Assembly: GCF_035594765.1 (NCBI RefSeq)
Contig: NC_085846.1
Span: 18,029,190-18,093,189 of the forward strand
DNA: 64,000 bases
Origin: Anolis carolinensis
Taxonomy: Eukaryota
Direction of reading: 5' to 3'
Shown here one piece after another: positions 24,859 through 38,100 of this stretch (its first letter is position 1; each line of letters starts with the position of its first letter). A program made the translations under genes and the position numbers. The notes beneath the pieces were generated by a model. That model had not been told where the DNA came from. It was given only the letters and a program-made list of their open reading frames with translations, and did no database searches.

Positions 24859-27800
24859 TTAACTTCTGCAGTACAGAATCCCCACTCCAATTAGCATGAT
24901 GCTCAGCAAAGCTACTGCCACAGCCAGGGCTGTTACCGTGCGTCCTACAAAACAGGTGTAAAGAATAGATGTAAATTTTGGCTCATTCAACATTTCCCGG
25001 GTTTTTTTTTGGGGGGGGGGGTGTTACCTGTGCTTTTCTGAGGGTTTTGGCATTCGGTTTCCCAATCATGTGGGATGACTGTATGGGTGAGTTGAATGAA
25101 GCGTGGAAGTGGACAAGGTGTGGAGCAGCCAGGCAGGGTTACTACATAAGGTGGCTGGTCGCTCGTATTGCGATAGAACATGCCAATACTGAATGAGCTG
25201 AAATAAGAGGAGAAAATTGGGATTTGTAATAGGTGATGCTCTGAGTTATGCATTTATGTTTAAAAATTGCCAAAATAATGTGAACAGTCCCTCAGAACCT
25301 TTTGATCCCATCATGTCATCAATTCAAGATGGGGGCCGGGCTGTGGCGCAGCTGTTGAGCAGCTGCCTTAAATCACTCTGACCATGAGGTCATGAGTTCG
25401 AGGCCAGCCCGTGGCGGGGTGAGCACCCGTCAATTAAAAATAAAAAATAGCCCCTGCTCGTTGCTGACCTAGCAACCCGAAAGATAGTTGCATCTATCAA
25501 GTAGGAAATAAGGTACCACTTATAAAGTGGGGAGGCAAGATTAACTAATTTACGACCTGGAATGAGGAAGTGCCGTCAGTGTGGATGATGAAGCAGCTGC
25601 TCCCCCCTGTGGCCAGAATCGAACATCCCCTCAGAAGAAGGTTAACTGCCTCTGCGTGTGTCTCTCAGTCTCTGTTTGATGTGTTTATGGGCATTGAATG
25701 TTTGCCCTATGTGTGTTATAATGTGATCCGCCCTGAGTCCCCTTCGGGGTGAGAAGGGCGGAATATAAATACTGTAAATAAATAAATAAATAATGAATGG
25801 GTTTCAAGATGGGGCTTCAGGAGGCTTGCAAACCATGTGTGCGAAATGGCTGTCACTTGAGGAAAACGTGGTTTTACAAGGAGGGTGGCATATAGCTTCC
25901 ATTCAAATTTCAAATGGCCTGTGAGCCAAAAAAAGGTTAAAAGCTTCTGGTGTTATGCGTCAGCAGTTAAATGTGCTGACAAATCACACTTGAGGGAGGC
26001 AGCAGGCTGTGCCGCAAGAATACTGCTATCAGTCAATTCTCCTATAATCTGCTTTGTACTCGCAATAACTGCAAGCTGATTACTCAAAACGCCTGCCTGG
26101 TTTTACTTTTTAGGATGCTGCAGAGCAGGGGCTAACATCCTCCTGCTAGTACACATGCATTTGTCCAGTGAAAAGTGAAAATCGGAGGACATGCTTAACT
26201 GCCCACAAAACAAATGCCTCCCTCCCTCCATTTTTTAACCAGACATACTTATTGGTTTCCTGGTAGAACTCGAATCCATGGCAGGCAGCATAGGGTGGTG
26301 GGTGACCATTATAAATGCCCAAGGCTCCATGCAAAGCAATCAAGGTGCTGTCATGCTAAAGTGAGCAGAAAAGCCATTTAGACAAAGTGACCATGTCTAT
26401 TTAAAATTCCTTTACATCCTTTCCTTTACAAGACCCTTATGCTGTTCTGAAGATTTAATATATTCAGCATTTACATTATGTGTGGTAGTGCCCACAGGGC
26501 CAGATAAATATTTTCATCCTAAAATCTTCCTGTAAGACATTTGAGTCAAGTACATTAGGGCAGCTGCATACATTATATATAGTTATCTGTAGTGCTTTAA
26601 AATATGTTGTTAGCTGCCTTGCTATAGGTAAAGGTTTTCCCCTGACATTAAGTCTAGTTGTGTCTGACTCTGGGGGTTGGTGCTCATATCCATTTCTAAG
26701 CCGAAGAGCTGGCGTCCATAGAAACCTCCAAGGTCATGTGGCTGGCATGACTGCATGGAGCGCTGTTACCTTCCCACCAGAGTGGTACCTATTTATCTAC
26801 TCATATTTGCATGTTTTCAAACTTCTAGATTGGCAGAAGCTGGGGCTAACAGCAGGAGCTCATCCAGCTCCCCAATTTGAACCGCCAACCTTTCAGTCAG
26901 CAAGTTCAGCAGCTCAGTGATTTATCCCACTGCACCACTGCATTCTCAAGAACTCTTGTTCCTTTAGTTGGAAATAGTGAAAGCCCTCTTGCATTTGTTG
27001 GTAAGCCATGATGCTTTGTTAATTTGCTTTAAAACTTAAGATCTGTTTAGGAAACCCTTTTGTACATTCCCCAAACCAAGTGATAATGTTGCTGAAGATG
27101 GAATCTTTCCTGAGTGGCATCTGGTTAAATTAGCCATTTCTTTGTTCAGTTTGAGGCAGGCTGTTACAATCACATTTCAATGGCTTCTGAAAGTATGTGC
27201 TCCACTCTTGACTATTGAGATTATTTCCTACTCTTAGTTTTGGTGTATCCAAAATTAAAAAAAAAAAAACCAGGATGCTTTGGAATTTTTTTTAGTGAAA
27301 AGGCATCTGAAATAATTTTATAACTATAAACCTACACTGTCTTGAACGTGCAGATCCCTCCACCACACCATCTTTTGGTTGCTTTTGGACATTGTAAGGG
27401 AGGGGGGAAGGACTTACAGCAGAATACATAATCATTTTGAGAGGCAGATCTCGGCACACAATTTTGGAGAAATTGCTCAGGATGGCATCCAGTAACAATC
27501 CTATAGAGAGAATAAGGACAATGCTGATAAGACTGGTACAATCAGTCATACATGTAAAAAACATAACAGGGAAAGTCAGAGACAGCAAACATCCATTTTC
27601 CACCAAAGTTAGTTGCATCACTCTACCTGTAGTCAGTCCCAAGCTGGCAGATAAGGACTGATTCATATCAATTTTGTACCCAAGTGTTGTTGTTTTTGTG
27701 TCAGGAGCGACTTGAGATACTGCAAGACACTTCCGGAGTGAGAAAATTGGCCGTCTGCAAGGACGTTGCCCAGGGGACACCCGGATGTTTTTGATGTTTT

Positions 27801-30800
27801 ACCATCCTTGTGGGAGGCTTCTCTCATGTCCCCGCATGGGGCTGAAGCTGATAGAGGGAGCTCATCCGCGCTCTCCCCGGGTGGGATTCGAACCTGGCAG
27901 CTTGCAAATCAGCAGCCCAACCTTCAAGTCACAAGGCTTCAACCCACTACTCCACCGGGGGCTCCTACCCAAGTGGTGATGAAGCTGAGTTGTTGCAGTT
28001 CAAAGTCATCCATCAGACCAAATGGATGCAGTTGACAAGATTGCTCTTCCAATTGTCTATATTGATACGATTCCATGTTTTATTTTGTAATGTAGTGTTG
28101 TTGATGTAGTGTTGCTGATTAAGGTCTAGGATTATAAACTGAATAATTAAAATTTACCTCCAGTGAATCGAACCTTCTCCTGGCTGGCGTGCATTCCTAC
28201 ATGGGCTTCAACATTAAATGCTTCTATCTCAGCAAGCGTCCTCAGAACCCGGGATGTGGCCCAGCCAGGCAAAGTCAGGTTGTGAACTTTCTAAGAGAGA
28301 AGTGAGAGAAGAAACAGAACTTGGAAGAAGTTAGTGATCAATGACCAAAAAGATACTTTCCTAAACTGAAGAAAGATATATTGGAAAGTGGAGGTGTAAT
28401 GTGATGCAGTATTCCTACCTGACAGAAAAGGGAGTCGTGTACTCTCCAAAGACCCCGCAGAGTGAGCTGCTCCATTTTAAGTCCTGTGTAATTAGCCATC
28501 TCTCTTATGAAGCCCTGTGCAGGAGTAAAGGGTGAGAACCTAGATTAAGAAAAATAAACTTCAGTTGCTTAGTTTCAGTATCTTATTTGCATATGTTTAT
28601 CAAAAGAGTGATATTTCCATGTAAGTAGGTCAAACTCATAGGTGAAGCTCTTTAGTATAGCGGTGACAATGGTGACCTATCTATGGAATCAATTCCCTCA
28701 GATGTTCTGCCTGGCACTAACACATTTGGCATCTAAATGTCAGTTTACAATGTTATTTGTTTTTCCCGTATATAATAATATAAAAATCTATGTAGCTGGA
28801 GGTTCCATTAAGGTTATTGAAATGTACATACAAAGGCCTCTAGTGTTAATTATTGCTGATTTATTTTGTATCTACTATTGGTACTAATAACTTTCCTCTT
28901 TTAAAATGTGGTTTACCTATTTTAAAAATTATAATTGGGTCATTTGTTTAATGTTTTTTAATTGTAATTGATTAAATGGGAAGAGCAGTGCTAGGAACCT
29001 TCTCCTCCCCCCACTTCTTAATCTTCATACCTTCCAGCCTTCCATTTTAGCCTGATAACTTGGCAAATTAATTGTCTCTTCCATCAAATGTTGGTAGCGT
29101 TGGCAAGTCCGAGTTGGTGATTTCAGCAGCTGTGAGGACCAGTTTAGGGAAAACAGACAAAATCTGATTATAGGAAAAATCCAGTCCCTTGCTTCTCTCA
29201 GAGCTAAAGCATTAGGCAAAGTAGCCATACATTCTCCTTTGCATAGGGCAGTTTTCTATTTAAGGACTCCTCCTTTTCAGAAACGAGGAATGTGCAGCTC
29301 TCTACCATGCTAGCTCTCATCACTCCTTACAGTTGACTAGTTACGTAAGCTTGATAGATGATACAGCCCAAGGATATCAATACAATGGATTCAACTTAAT
29401 GATCCCAGGCAGTTGGCAATCCAGTGTAGGGCATGGGTGGTGGTGGTGGTGGGGGAGAATCCCATTTTACGCAGTCCAAGATTATTGCTTTCCATTATCT
29501 TACCTTATCATATTTAATAGGCACTGTATGGATAGGAACAGGACTCCAGCCAATCTCTGGATCCAAGTTTGAATAGAGTCCCATCAGGTTGGCTTGAGCA
29601 CTCATGAGGGTGCGGTCATAATCTGTGCTGCGAACATATATCTAAAATAGACATACCCATATTATTTATGGCTGCCATTAGGCCTCTTAACTTTGGACAT
29701 CTTCCTTAGGATATTTGCTTGATACCTTGCAGAGCACAAATGTTTTTAGTTTATGAAGCTCTTTATATAGTGTTTTGCTTGAATTTCTTTTTCTTCTTAA
29801 AAAAGAGCTCTCACTGATTCGGAGAACACATTTGGTTCTAATTATTGGAAGTTTTTAATATTTTGATCATCCCGTATTTTAGATTTGCATTACGGTGTTT
29901 ATATTTGTTTGTTGCCCTGGGAATTACTGAGCGCAAGTGATGTGAGTGTAATATATTAATACATAAGTATCAAATATTTACCTCTTGTGGTTTGTAGGCA
30001 GAACTCAAAAATCCATCGTATTTTTGCCTCAGAAACTTTCCAAGAGCCTTTTGTTGCAAAATACCTACCTACAAGGGCCAGAAACAGCAAGAATGAATGC
30101 CTGTTCTTCCTCTGCCTTACACAAACAGACACACAAAATGTGGACTTAAGAACATCCACCTCCTCTCCTCTCACACACACACAAGATCCCACCTTGGTGA
30201 GCTGCTGGAATCCCTCTGGCCAAGCGGCTGCTTTGTGGGGATCCGTTGGGTAGGTGCCAAGGGGGGATCGATCACCATGGCGATACACCTAAGACAGAAG
30301 GGGTTTCAAACTCAAGACAAAGAAAACTTTTCTGATCCACAATAATCCATCAAGGCTCTGTTTAGATGACACCATATTGTGCAATTGCTCAACCTCCGTA
30401 TGGGATCCAGATGACAGCATGCCTCAATTGGCAATCCTTCTGTGTTTTCCCACTGCTTCTTCCAGATTTTTTTCTTTCCATTAATGAAGAAGGAAAAGAC
30501 AGAACAGCCGGACAATATCATTCAAATGTTAATGCCAGAAGTTGTCCATCCTTGGAATCCTTCTCGACTTAAGATCACTTCTTAAACCTTACCTTCCTAA
30601 TGGGATTTATAAACTGTGAGCCTCTCTGAGTATATATGCCTTCAGGTTGCCTGTTGATCTATGGTGGCTTAATGAATTTCATAAAGTTTTCTGGTCACAG
30701 TACAAATTAACTCTTTATGCCACTGAACGGCTGTGAAAGTTTGAACATGACATGATGCCAACAGGCACTCCACCACCCATATGACTGCAATTGCAAAAGA

Positions 30801-31316
30801 CGCAATGCAGAGACAAGGTGAAGTAAATAGAAAACTACTACTTCTGAGTTCCTTAGTGTAGGCTAAAGATGTATAACCAATACAGCATATGTTTATGAGA
30901 GATTTACTTTTGAACACAGTCACATTGTCCCAAAGGATTCTTGCAATATAGTCTAGTCTTTTCTCTCTCAGCTTAACATAAGAAGGATGGGATCTTTTCA
31001 CTATATACAACCCATTGGTTCAGGATGACTATCCTTGGTTTTCATTCTTATCACGAATAATCAAGAAACTTTGGCACAGTTTCCTCTTGTCAATAGATCC
31101 CGATCCTTCCCAAAACCACAAGCAATCTAGTCTCCAAGCCCTCGTACTAAAGACCTAACAAGGCTTGTCTTCTTTTCCCAACAACCCCAAGAATCATCAT
31201 CATTTAATTCTGCCTACCAGTGTCACGAAGCGCAGCGTCCTTTCTTGACCTGTAGTAAAATGCAAAATATTTTGCAGGAAGACCACCAAAGCTGCAAGAG
31301 TTTCAGAGAGTCTCAT
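24859..31316 (-). CDS. ACP4: Acid phosphatase 4 (testicular acid phosphatase, ACPT), histidine phosphatase, 11 exons, 397 aa, type I membrane protein
   Basis: Exons (minus strand) 31316-31218, 30288-30193, 30068-29982, 29641-29504, 29129-29031, 28514-28419, 28290-28158, 27500-27418, 26355-26249, 25197-25028, 24944-24859, all in frame. Signal peptide, catalytic [22 protein letters not shown]|HDST, PPYAAC, LPGC..PCPL, and a C-terminal TM helix ([22 protein letters not shown]). Adjacency to the SNORD88 host gene matches the human ACP4-C19orf48 arrangement. Confidence 0.9.
25331..25793 (+). mobile_element. tRNA-derived SINE with L2-like 3' tail
   Basis: A/B-box-like head; 3' end CCCTGAGTCCCCTTCGGGGTGAGAAGGGCGG...(TAAA)n. 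Confidence 0.7.
26626..26940 (-). mobile_element. Sauria SINE
   Basis: Reverse complement of the 12909 element. Confidence 0.85.
27687..27964 (-). mobile_element. tRNA-derived Anolis-type SINE (same family as 9091)
   Basis: Reverse-complement match to the 9091 copy; B-box GGTTCGAATCC. Confidence 0.8.
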
Positions 31317-34300
31317 GGTGTTGACTTGGTTCTATTACCTTGATGTGTCTCTTTGGGGGACCTAGGGGAAATGTTTTTGTAATATAAATCCCATCCTCAC
31401 ACCTTATCATTATCTTTGATTTCACCTTGCTGACAAGCTAGATTTAGCAGACACCACTACAGCGTGATAGGCCAATGTTAACTATGTAATATGCTTTTCC
31501 CCTTGAAAGAATATGTTTGCACACCGGATTTGGGGGGATATTAGTACCCATGATTACAAGTCCAAAACAAGACATGACGTCTTTTGTGTTCACTCTGTAG
31601 AGAAAAGTTTCAGCATGTAGTAACTGGTTACTCTGTTTTTGGCTGAGTTTTTACAGCTTTAAAAGCTGGCTGGTAGAAATTCTTCAAGGGAAGATTCTCT
31701 AGCGCAACGATGGAGGATCAATGGTGTTATCTGTTAGATGTCTGCCTGTCATGCCAGTCATTAGTGGCACAGGATCTTTTCAAAAGGCTGGAGACATTTC
31801 TTACTTATTCTATTTTTATGACACATTTCTTCCAGATTAAGGTAAAAACAATACAATTCCAAAACACAATTAAAATCATCACAGTAAAATATAATATTAA
31901 AAAACAAGACAGAATACCGTAATTAAAAAGTATACAAAAGTAAAAAAAAAATAAAGTCTCTTCCTCTAAAAAAACAGACTCAAACAGAAAACTCAAGCGA
32001 GGTATATCAATGCCTATGGAAAGTTCAAATTATGGATTTTAGTCAATCCGTTCACAAACTGAATTCTGAAAAAATAACAGTGACCTAGGTGTGTCATCTT
32101 TTTACCTTCCGACAATTTCTAAGTTTCTAAGTAACAGGATGATAGGAAGAGATCCATCAGTGAAGCTCCATTTGATCTTCTAATATTCCTTCTACACTGC
32201 CATATAATCCAGATTATGAAGGCAGATATTCCACATTATCTACTTTGAAATTGATTACATGACACTATTTCAGACTCTGCTTCCTTATAGATAAGTGGTT
32301 CTCAACCTGTGGGTCCCCAGGTGTTTTGTACTACAACACCCACAAATCCCAGCTAGTTTCTGGGACTTGAAGGCCAAAACATATGGGGACCCAAAAGTTG
32401 AGAACCACTGTTGTAGATCAATGGAAAAAGTATGTTCAGGCGTTTGAAATGATCGTGTCAGAGAGAGTGAATGTTCAAGAATGAAATCCACAGTACACTT
32501 GGAAACTTCAACCCAGATCTATCTGAAGCCAGATTGCATGTTGTAGTACTGATGGCCAAAGAGGAGGACAGTTTCCCATTGACTATGTGAACAACAGCAG
32601 GGCTCCATATGAATTATATGTGTAATTTATAGAGTGTGCTTGGGCTTTTACTAGCAATATCCTGGTTATCTTGATGTAATTTATCATTTTGTAAATTTTA
32701 ATGACAGTCAGAGAATGCTGTTCTTTGCTGCTGCTCTGGCAACAGCTTACTTTAGTTGCTATAAATTGAGCTAAAAAGGCAAAAGCAGTTTGTGCAGAAG
32801 TAGCTCAGCAAAGTGGGCAGAGTGCTGCTCTTCCCAGTAGGTTCAGGCAAAAGCAAACTGCTGCAAGCTCTCTGTGTTCTTCATTAATAAGTTTTGCCAC
32901 CTTGGCTACACTTTGATGTTGCTTAGCCATTCCAGGTTTTATCTGTGGAATACTGGAGACTGTGCTCACTCTTCCTGCCAGTAGTACTAATTAGTAAACA
33001 GGTTAAGCCTTGCTCCAGGAACACAGCTTCGGACTTTACCCCCGATTGTTTTTGGAGAATGCAGCAGGTCAGCCAACTTGGACTCAGAGCCTGATCTTCC
33101 TGGTATACAGCTGCCGAGAATATGCTGCCGCCAAGAGTAAACACTAAGAAAACCTAATTCTTTTCCATTTGATAAATGCTTTCTTTGTTGCCCTCTCCAG
33201 TTTATGAAGCTCCTGCAGTGATCTGGAAGGCCAGATCTACTCAGATTCTACTCAATACATTACAGCAAAACTAAGTCATCAAGAATACAAAGTATAACTT
33301 TGTCACTTGCAAATAGATGGAAACAGGATGGAGTAACAAAAAGTGAACTAATGTGCTTGAATGTGCCTTTGGCTGAACTCTGACACAGCCTCAGACACTG
33401 GTAGTTCTCTGGGTGAAATTCTCTTCCAGCTCCAGATGGTCCTACCTGGTTTTCAGACAAGGTGCTGATTTCTGCTTTCTGAAGTCAAGGGGGAAAAGGT
33501 TAACAGGCAGCATTATTAGCCATAACAGGTCTTGACCTTGTGTAAGCTGCAGTGAAGCCACAGGTTTGAGAAGGATTTGTGCATGAAATCAAATTTGTGT
33601 GCATTGTGTTGTCGAACCACTATGACCCCCCTCCAATAATACACTATATAGTTTGCCAATGGTTCCTAATAAATATATTAATTTTTATTTTTAAAATGCT
33701 TTGTCAAACTTTTGCTATTTTGAAGCATCGGAGATCGAGAATAGACCAGCGGCAGCTTTAACACACACACCCTCCCCGCCACTAGACTTTATTGTTCTAA
33801 TCCTTTAATAAATTGTATCTGTTTTCCTTGACTTTCTATGTATCTTTTCGTGTACTATACCTAGCTCTATTATATAAAATGTATAAACTCCTTGATAAAA
33901 TGTAACAAGATATAGCCCAGAGGCAGTTACTCCCCATAACCCTGCTGACATATTTCCGTGAGAACGAGAAGGTTGGGCAAATACCTCTGGCTGTTTCCCA
34001 GACAGACAATCATCAAAAATCTGTTGTTCATGTATGCAGAGATGGATAATTTTCCCATGCCAGCCCAGATAAACTCAGGATTATTGGTCTGGTCAATGAT
34101 TCACTTGAGGCTGAGAGTCTGCTGACCATGGAAAGAGAAGCACAGAGTATGTACATTAGTTAAGCCTCTTTATTAACAGCACTACCCATGATTGCCCAGA
34201 ATAATCATTTTTTCGCCTTTGTCTGTGGACTCTCCTATCTTTGCCGAACTCAGAACTAGACGGTTGAGCTAATCAAGAGCTCATTATCATTTTTTAGCAT

Positions 34301-35138
34301 TGTCTTTGCAAATGACATCTCCTCCCAGGGGACATCCCAACAGCTGATTGGCTCACTGGCAAATCAATCCCAAACTGTAATTTCCCTGCAAAAGGAAATG
34401 CCTGCCTGAAGGCAGTGACTTCAGCAGCACTTACAATCAGGGCGCAGATCCAGAGCAATTCCTCTGTCAGCCAATTAAGGAAGGGAGTGGGAGTTTTAAA
34501 TAGCTGTCAAGCTGTATAAGATGTTTTGGTTTCTGCATATGTTTTGTGCGTGTACACTTTGAAGCATCTAATTGTACTTACATCCCTTTTGGTCAAATTG
34601 AATAAACCTCTGTGGCTTGTTTTCCACCTGGTGTTTCTCTGTCCTGGTCCATTCAGTTTAGCTTGAACTCGCCGGGCATGGATCCTCTTATCCGTGGTTC
34701 TAGTTATCCATTTTATCCAATTCAATTTGAACTATCAGAAAACAAAGTCTCAACCTGTCTCAACCTCCTATGTAGACAATTCTGAAGCCCTTTGGATTTC
34801 TGGATAAGGGATAGTCTAAATATATAGGCCTCCTCGAGAGTCCTGGTATCTCTCACCTCTAACTGATGTCATGTTTCAATATATTATTAAGAAGTTGATC
34901 CCAGGTGCCCTACTGTTTGTATGCCTGGAGTTCAAAGGGCTAATGGTGCAAATGTTTGCACACAAGAATGTGCCTGCAACTGGCAGGAAAGCAAGGTTGC
35001 TGTTTCCTGCCCTACTAGATGCCCTTCCCTGGTCAGTGCCCTCCTGTTTACTAGGCCTTTGTCCTTTTACAACCACCATTCTCATTCGGACACAGGACAG
35101 ACCCAAAGCCTTGACAAGCAAGGATTTTGAGACCTATC

Positions 35139-38100
35139 ATGAAGCTGTTTAGCATCTTCATTGGCACCCTCTTTTTCATCGGAGCAGCAGGTCAGTATAT
35201 AGTCCCCAAATCTACTTACTGGTTTATTTGTGGGGGGAGTTGAGAGGGCCACATGAGCCAGCAGTTTGAGGATTGGATTATGATTAGGGACCAGGATTTG
35301 AATCCCCACTTGGCATGTAATTTTGGGCAAATCACATTCTCTTAACTCCATCTGAACAAAAAAAAAACTCCTTAAGACTGACATAAGTTGGAAATAACTT
35401 GAACGCACACAAGAACAAAGCAAATCCTGATGACTCTTCCTTCTCTCTCTTTGAGTGTTTCTACCTGCAAACGCCATGATTCTGCTGTTTTTGCTGAAGT
35501 GCTATGTGATAGCTGACAGCGGCAATATTTTGCTTCAGAATGTGTGCAGTTTTCCCCTTTGGAGGTTTGACTGGATGGCCATCTGTAAGGAGTGCTTTGG
35601 TTGTGTATCCCTGCATGACAGAATGGGATTGGACTGGATGGCCCATGTAATCTCTTCTGACTCTATGATTCTTTGGGTGAAGAGCGATTCTCATATAAAA
35701 TTTGTGGTGCAGAAAGTTTGTCCCTGCTTTAATCTATTGCATGTTAGAAGTGAAATAAGCATATTAAATTTCTCAAGATTGTATCTTGAACAGATTACTC
35801 ATTTTAAGCCAAACCACAAACCTGAAATTGCTATTTGTATTATATAGGTAGAAAATATGGATGAAATACACAGTTTACAGACATAGAATAGGACAAATAT
35901 GAGTTGATCAGTATCAATACTTTTTATTTTCTTTTATACATATAGCAGCATAACCTCTCTCCCTGACTCCCCACCATTATTGTATTTTCTTACTCAGAAT
36001 ACATGAAGACACACATATAGTACTTTATACTTTTGAACTGTCCTGATTTGGCAGGGACCATCAGATTAATGCTCTGCTATTCTATTTTTTTTCTATCTGC
36101 CTTTTAAAACACCCTACTTTCTTTTCCTCCTCTCTTTTCCCCTTCATCCTGCAAATCAAGTTCAAAGTTTTTTAACTGTGCCAGAAGCAACTTGAGAACA
36201 TACTGCAAGTCACTTCTAGTGTGAGAGAATTGGCTGTCTACAGAGATATTGCCCAGGGGATGCCCAGATGTGTTGCCATCCTGCTGGGCGGCTTCTCTCA
36301 TGTCCCCGCAAGGTAGAGCTTGCAGATTTGAACCGGCAACCTTCAGGACAGCAAACCAACTTTCAGGACAGCAAACCAACCTTCAGGTCAGCAATTCAGC
36401 CGGCATAACAATTTAACCCATTGAGCCACTGTGGCTCAAGTTCAAAGTGAAATGCACTTAACTTGCTCAGCACAAGGAGAGACAGAATTTTAACCTTTTC
36501 AGTGAATTCAGATGCAAATAAATTGCCTTTCCTACGTTGTGTATTTTTCCCTAAATTAATAACTGTTTAATGTTTATCTCTTCCCCTGCCCCTTGATAGT
36601 CTTGATATCATTTTATCCTAATTTCTTCTTTTACAGGATCTGCTGATGACATCTTTGATCTCTCTGATGCCTTAACTCCTGTTGATCCTCCTCAGATTAA
36701 CCCAGAAAAAGATCGTAAGTCAGGGTTGGGGATAAGACAGAGAGTTAGGGAATACTGAATGTTGTTATTACCTGAGTGAGAAATGGTAGGGAGAAAAATA
36801 TTATTGTGACTCAAAAACTAAATTGGTGAACCTTTAAAATTGGATCCGTTCAATGTGCTGGTTTAAATGGAAATTCACCCAGTTACAATCCTGGACTAGT
36901 CATTACAGAACTGTTGCAAGTATAAAACCAGGACAGAAAACCACAAATGCTACCTTGAGTTACAGTACTTAGAAAGAAGGTGGAATATGTATGTCATAAA
37001 TGTACTAATCAATAAGTAGCCATATATTTATAGTCCTAGCAGTTTCTGTAAGTGGGATATGTTTTGGTTATGTTGTGCAGGATATTGTAAACAAATTTCT
37101 TTTAAACGTAGAGTATTCATAGGTCAAATGAATGAAGTCAAACTGGGGTGCATTTACTGGGTAGAATTAATTCAGTTGGACACCACTTGAACTGCCACGA
37201 CTCAATGCTATGGAATCACTGGAGTTGTAGTTTGGTGAGGCACCAGCACTCTTTAGCAGAGAAGGCTAAAGACCTTGTACAACTAAATCTCCCATGATCC
37301 CATAGCGTTTAATCATTACAGTTAAAGTGGTGCCAAACTGCTTTAATTCAACAGTGCAGATGCACCCCCCCCCCCCAGTTGTCCTTTTCATTCAGGCATA
37401 CTCTGGGTAATGGACTGACATCGATGAAAGTACTTTGCTGCTGCCCTTTTTTACAAATGTATTGTAGGTCATGTTTAATTCAACTGTGCAGTAATATTGT
37501 AATGTGTTTAATTTCATTTAAGTATTATAACCCCTTGTATTTCTACATGTGCTTGTTTTTAATCTTTTTTTGTGAGCTGCCTTGGAACAAAGGCAAGATG
37601 TAAATCAAGTAAATGAAATTATTTAAGACTGAAGCTTGAGCAAGAAGTTGTGGTTACAGCTCAGCAGCTTGCCTCAGGCAAGTCATTCCAACGGTATTCC
37701 CGTATGGAGGGCTCCAGACCCTTATATGTTACAAGGCAACTATAACTGTGAATTTTACTCCTTAACAGTTTGTACCCAATACAAAATACAAAAGAAGTTG
37801 TGGGAATGGAAGGAAGAATTGTGAGTGGAAGATAATCTGGTGTGAGTGTGGCTGAAATGCCCTAAAGGCACTATAGCCTATTTGATCTTGTAAAGTAAGA
37901 AGGATTGGTTCTAGTTAGTACACTGGGCACATTTGCTTGGGTTAGGGCAGGCATGGGCAAACTTCGGCCCTCCAGGTGTTTTGGACTTCAACACCCACCA
38001 TTCCTAACAGCCGAAAGGCTGTTAGGAATGGTGGGAGTTGAAGTTCAAAACACCTGGAGGGCTGAAGTTTGCCCATGCCTAGGTTAGAGACACAATACTA

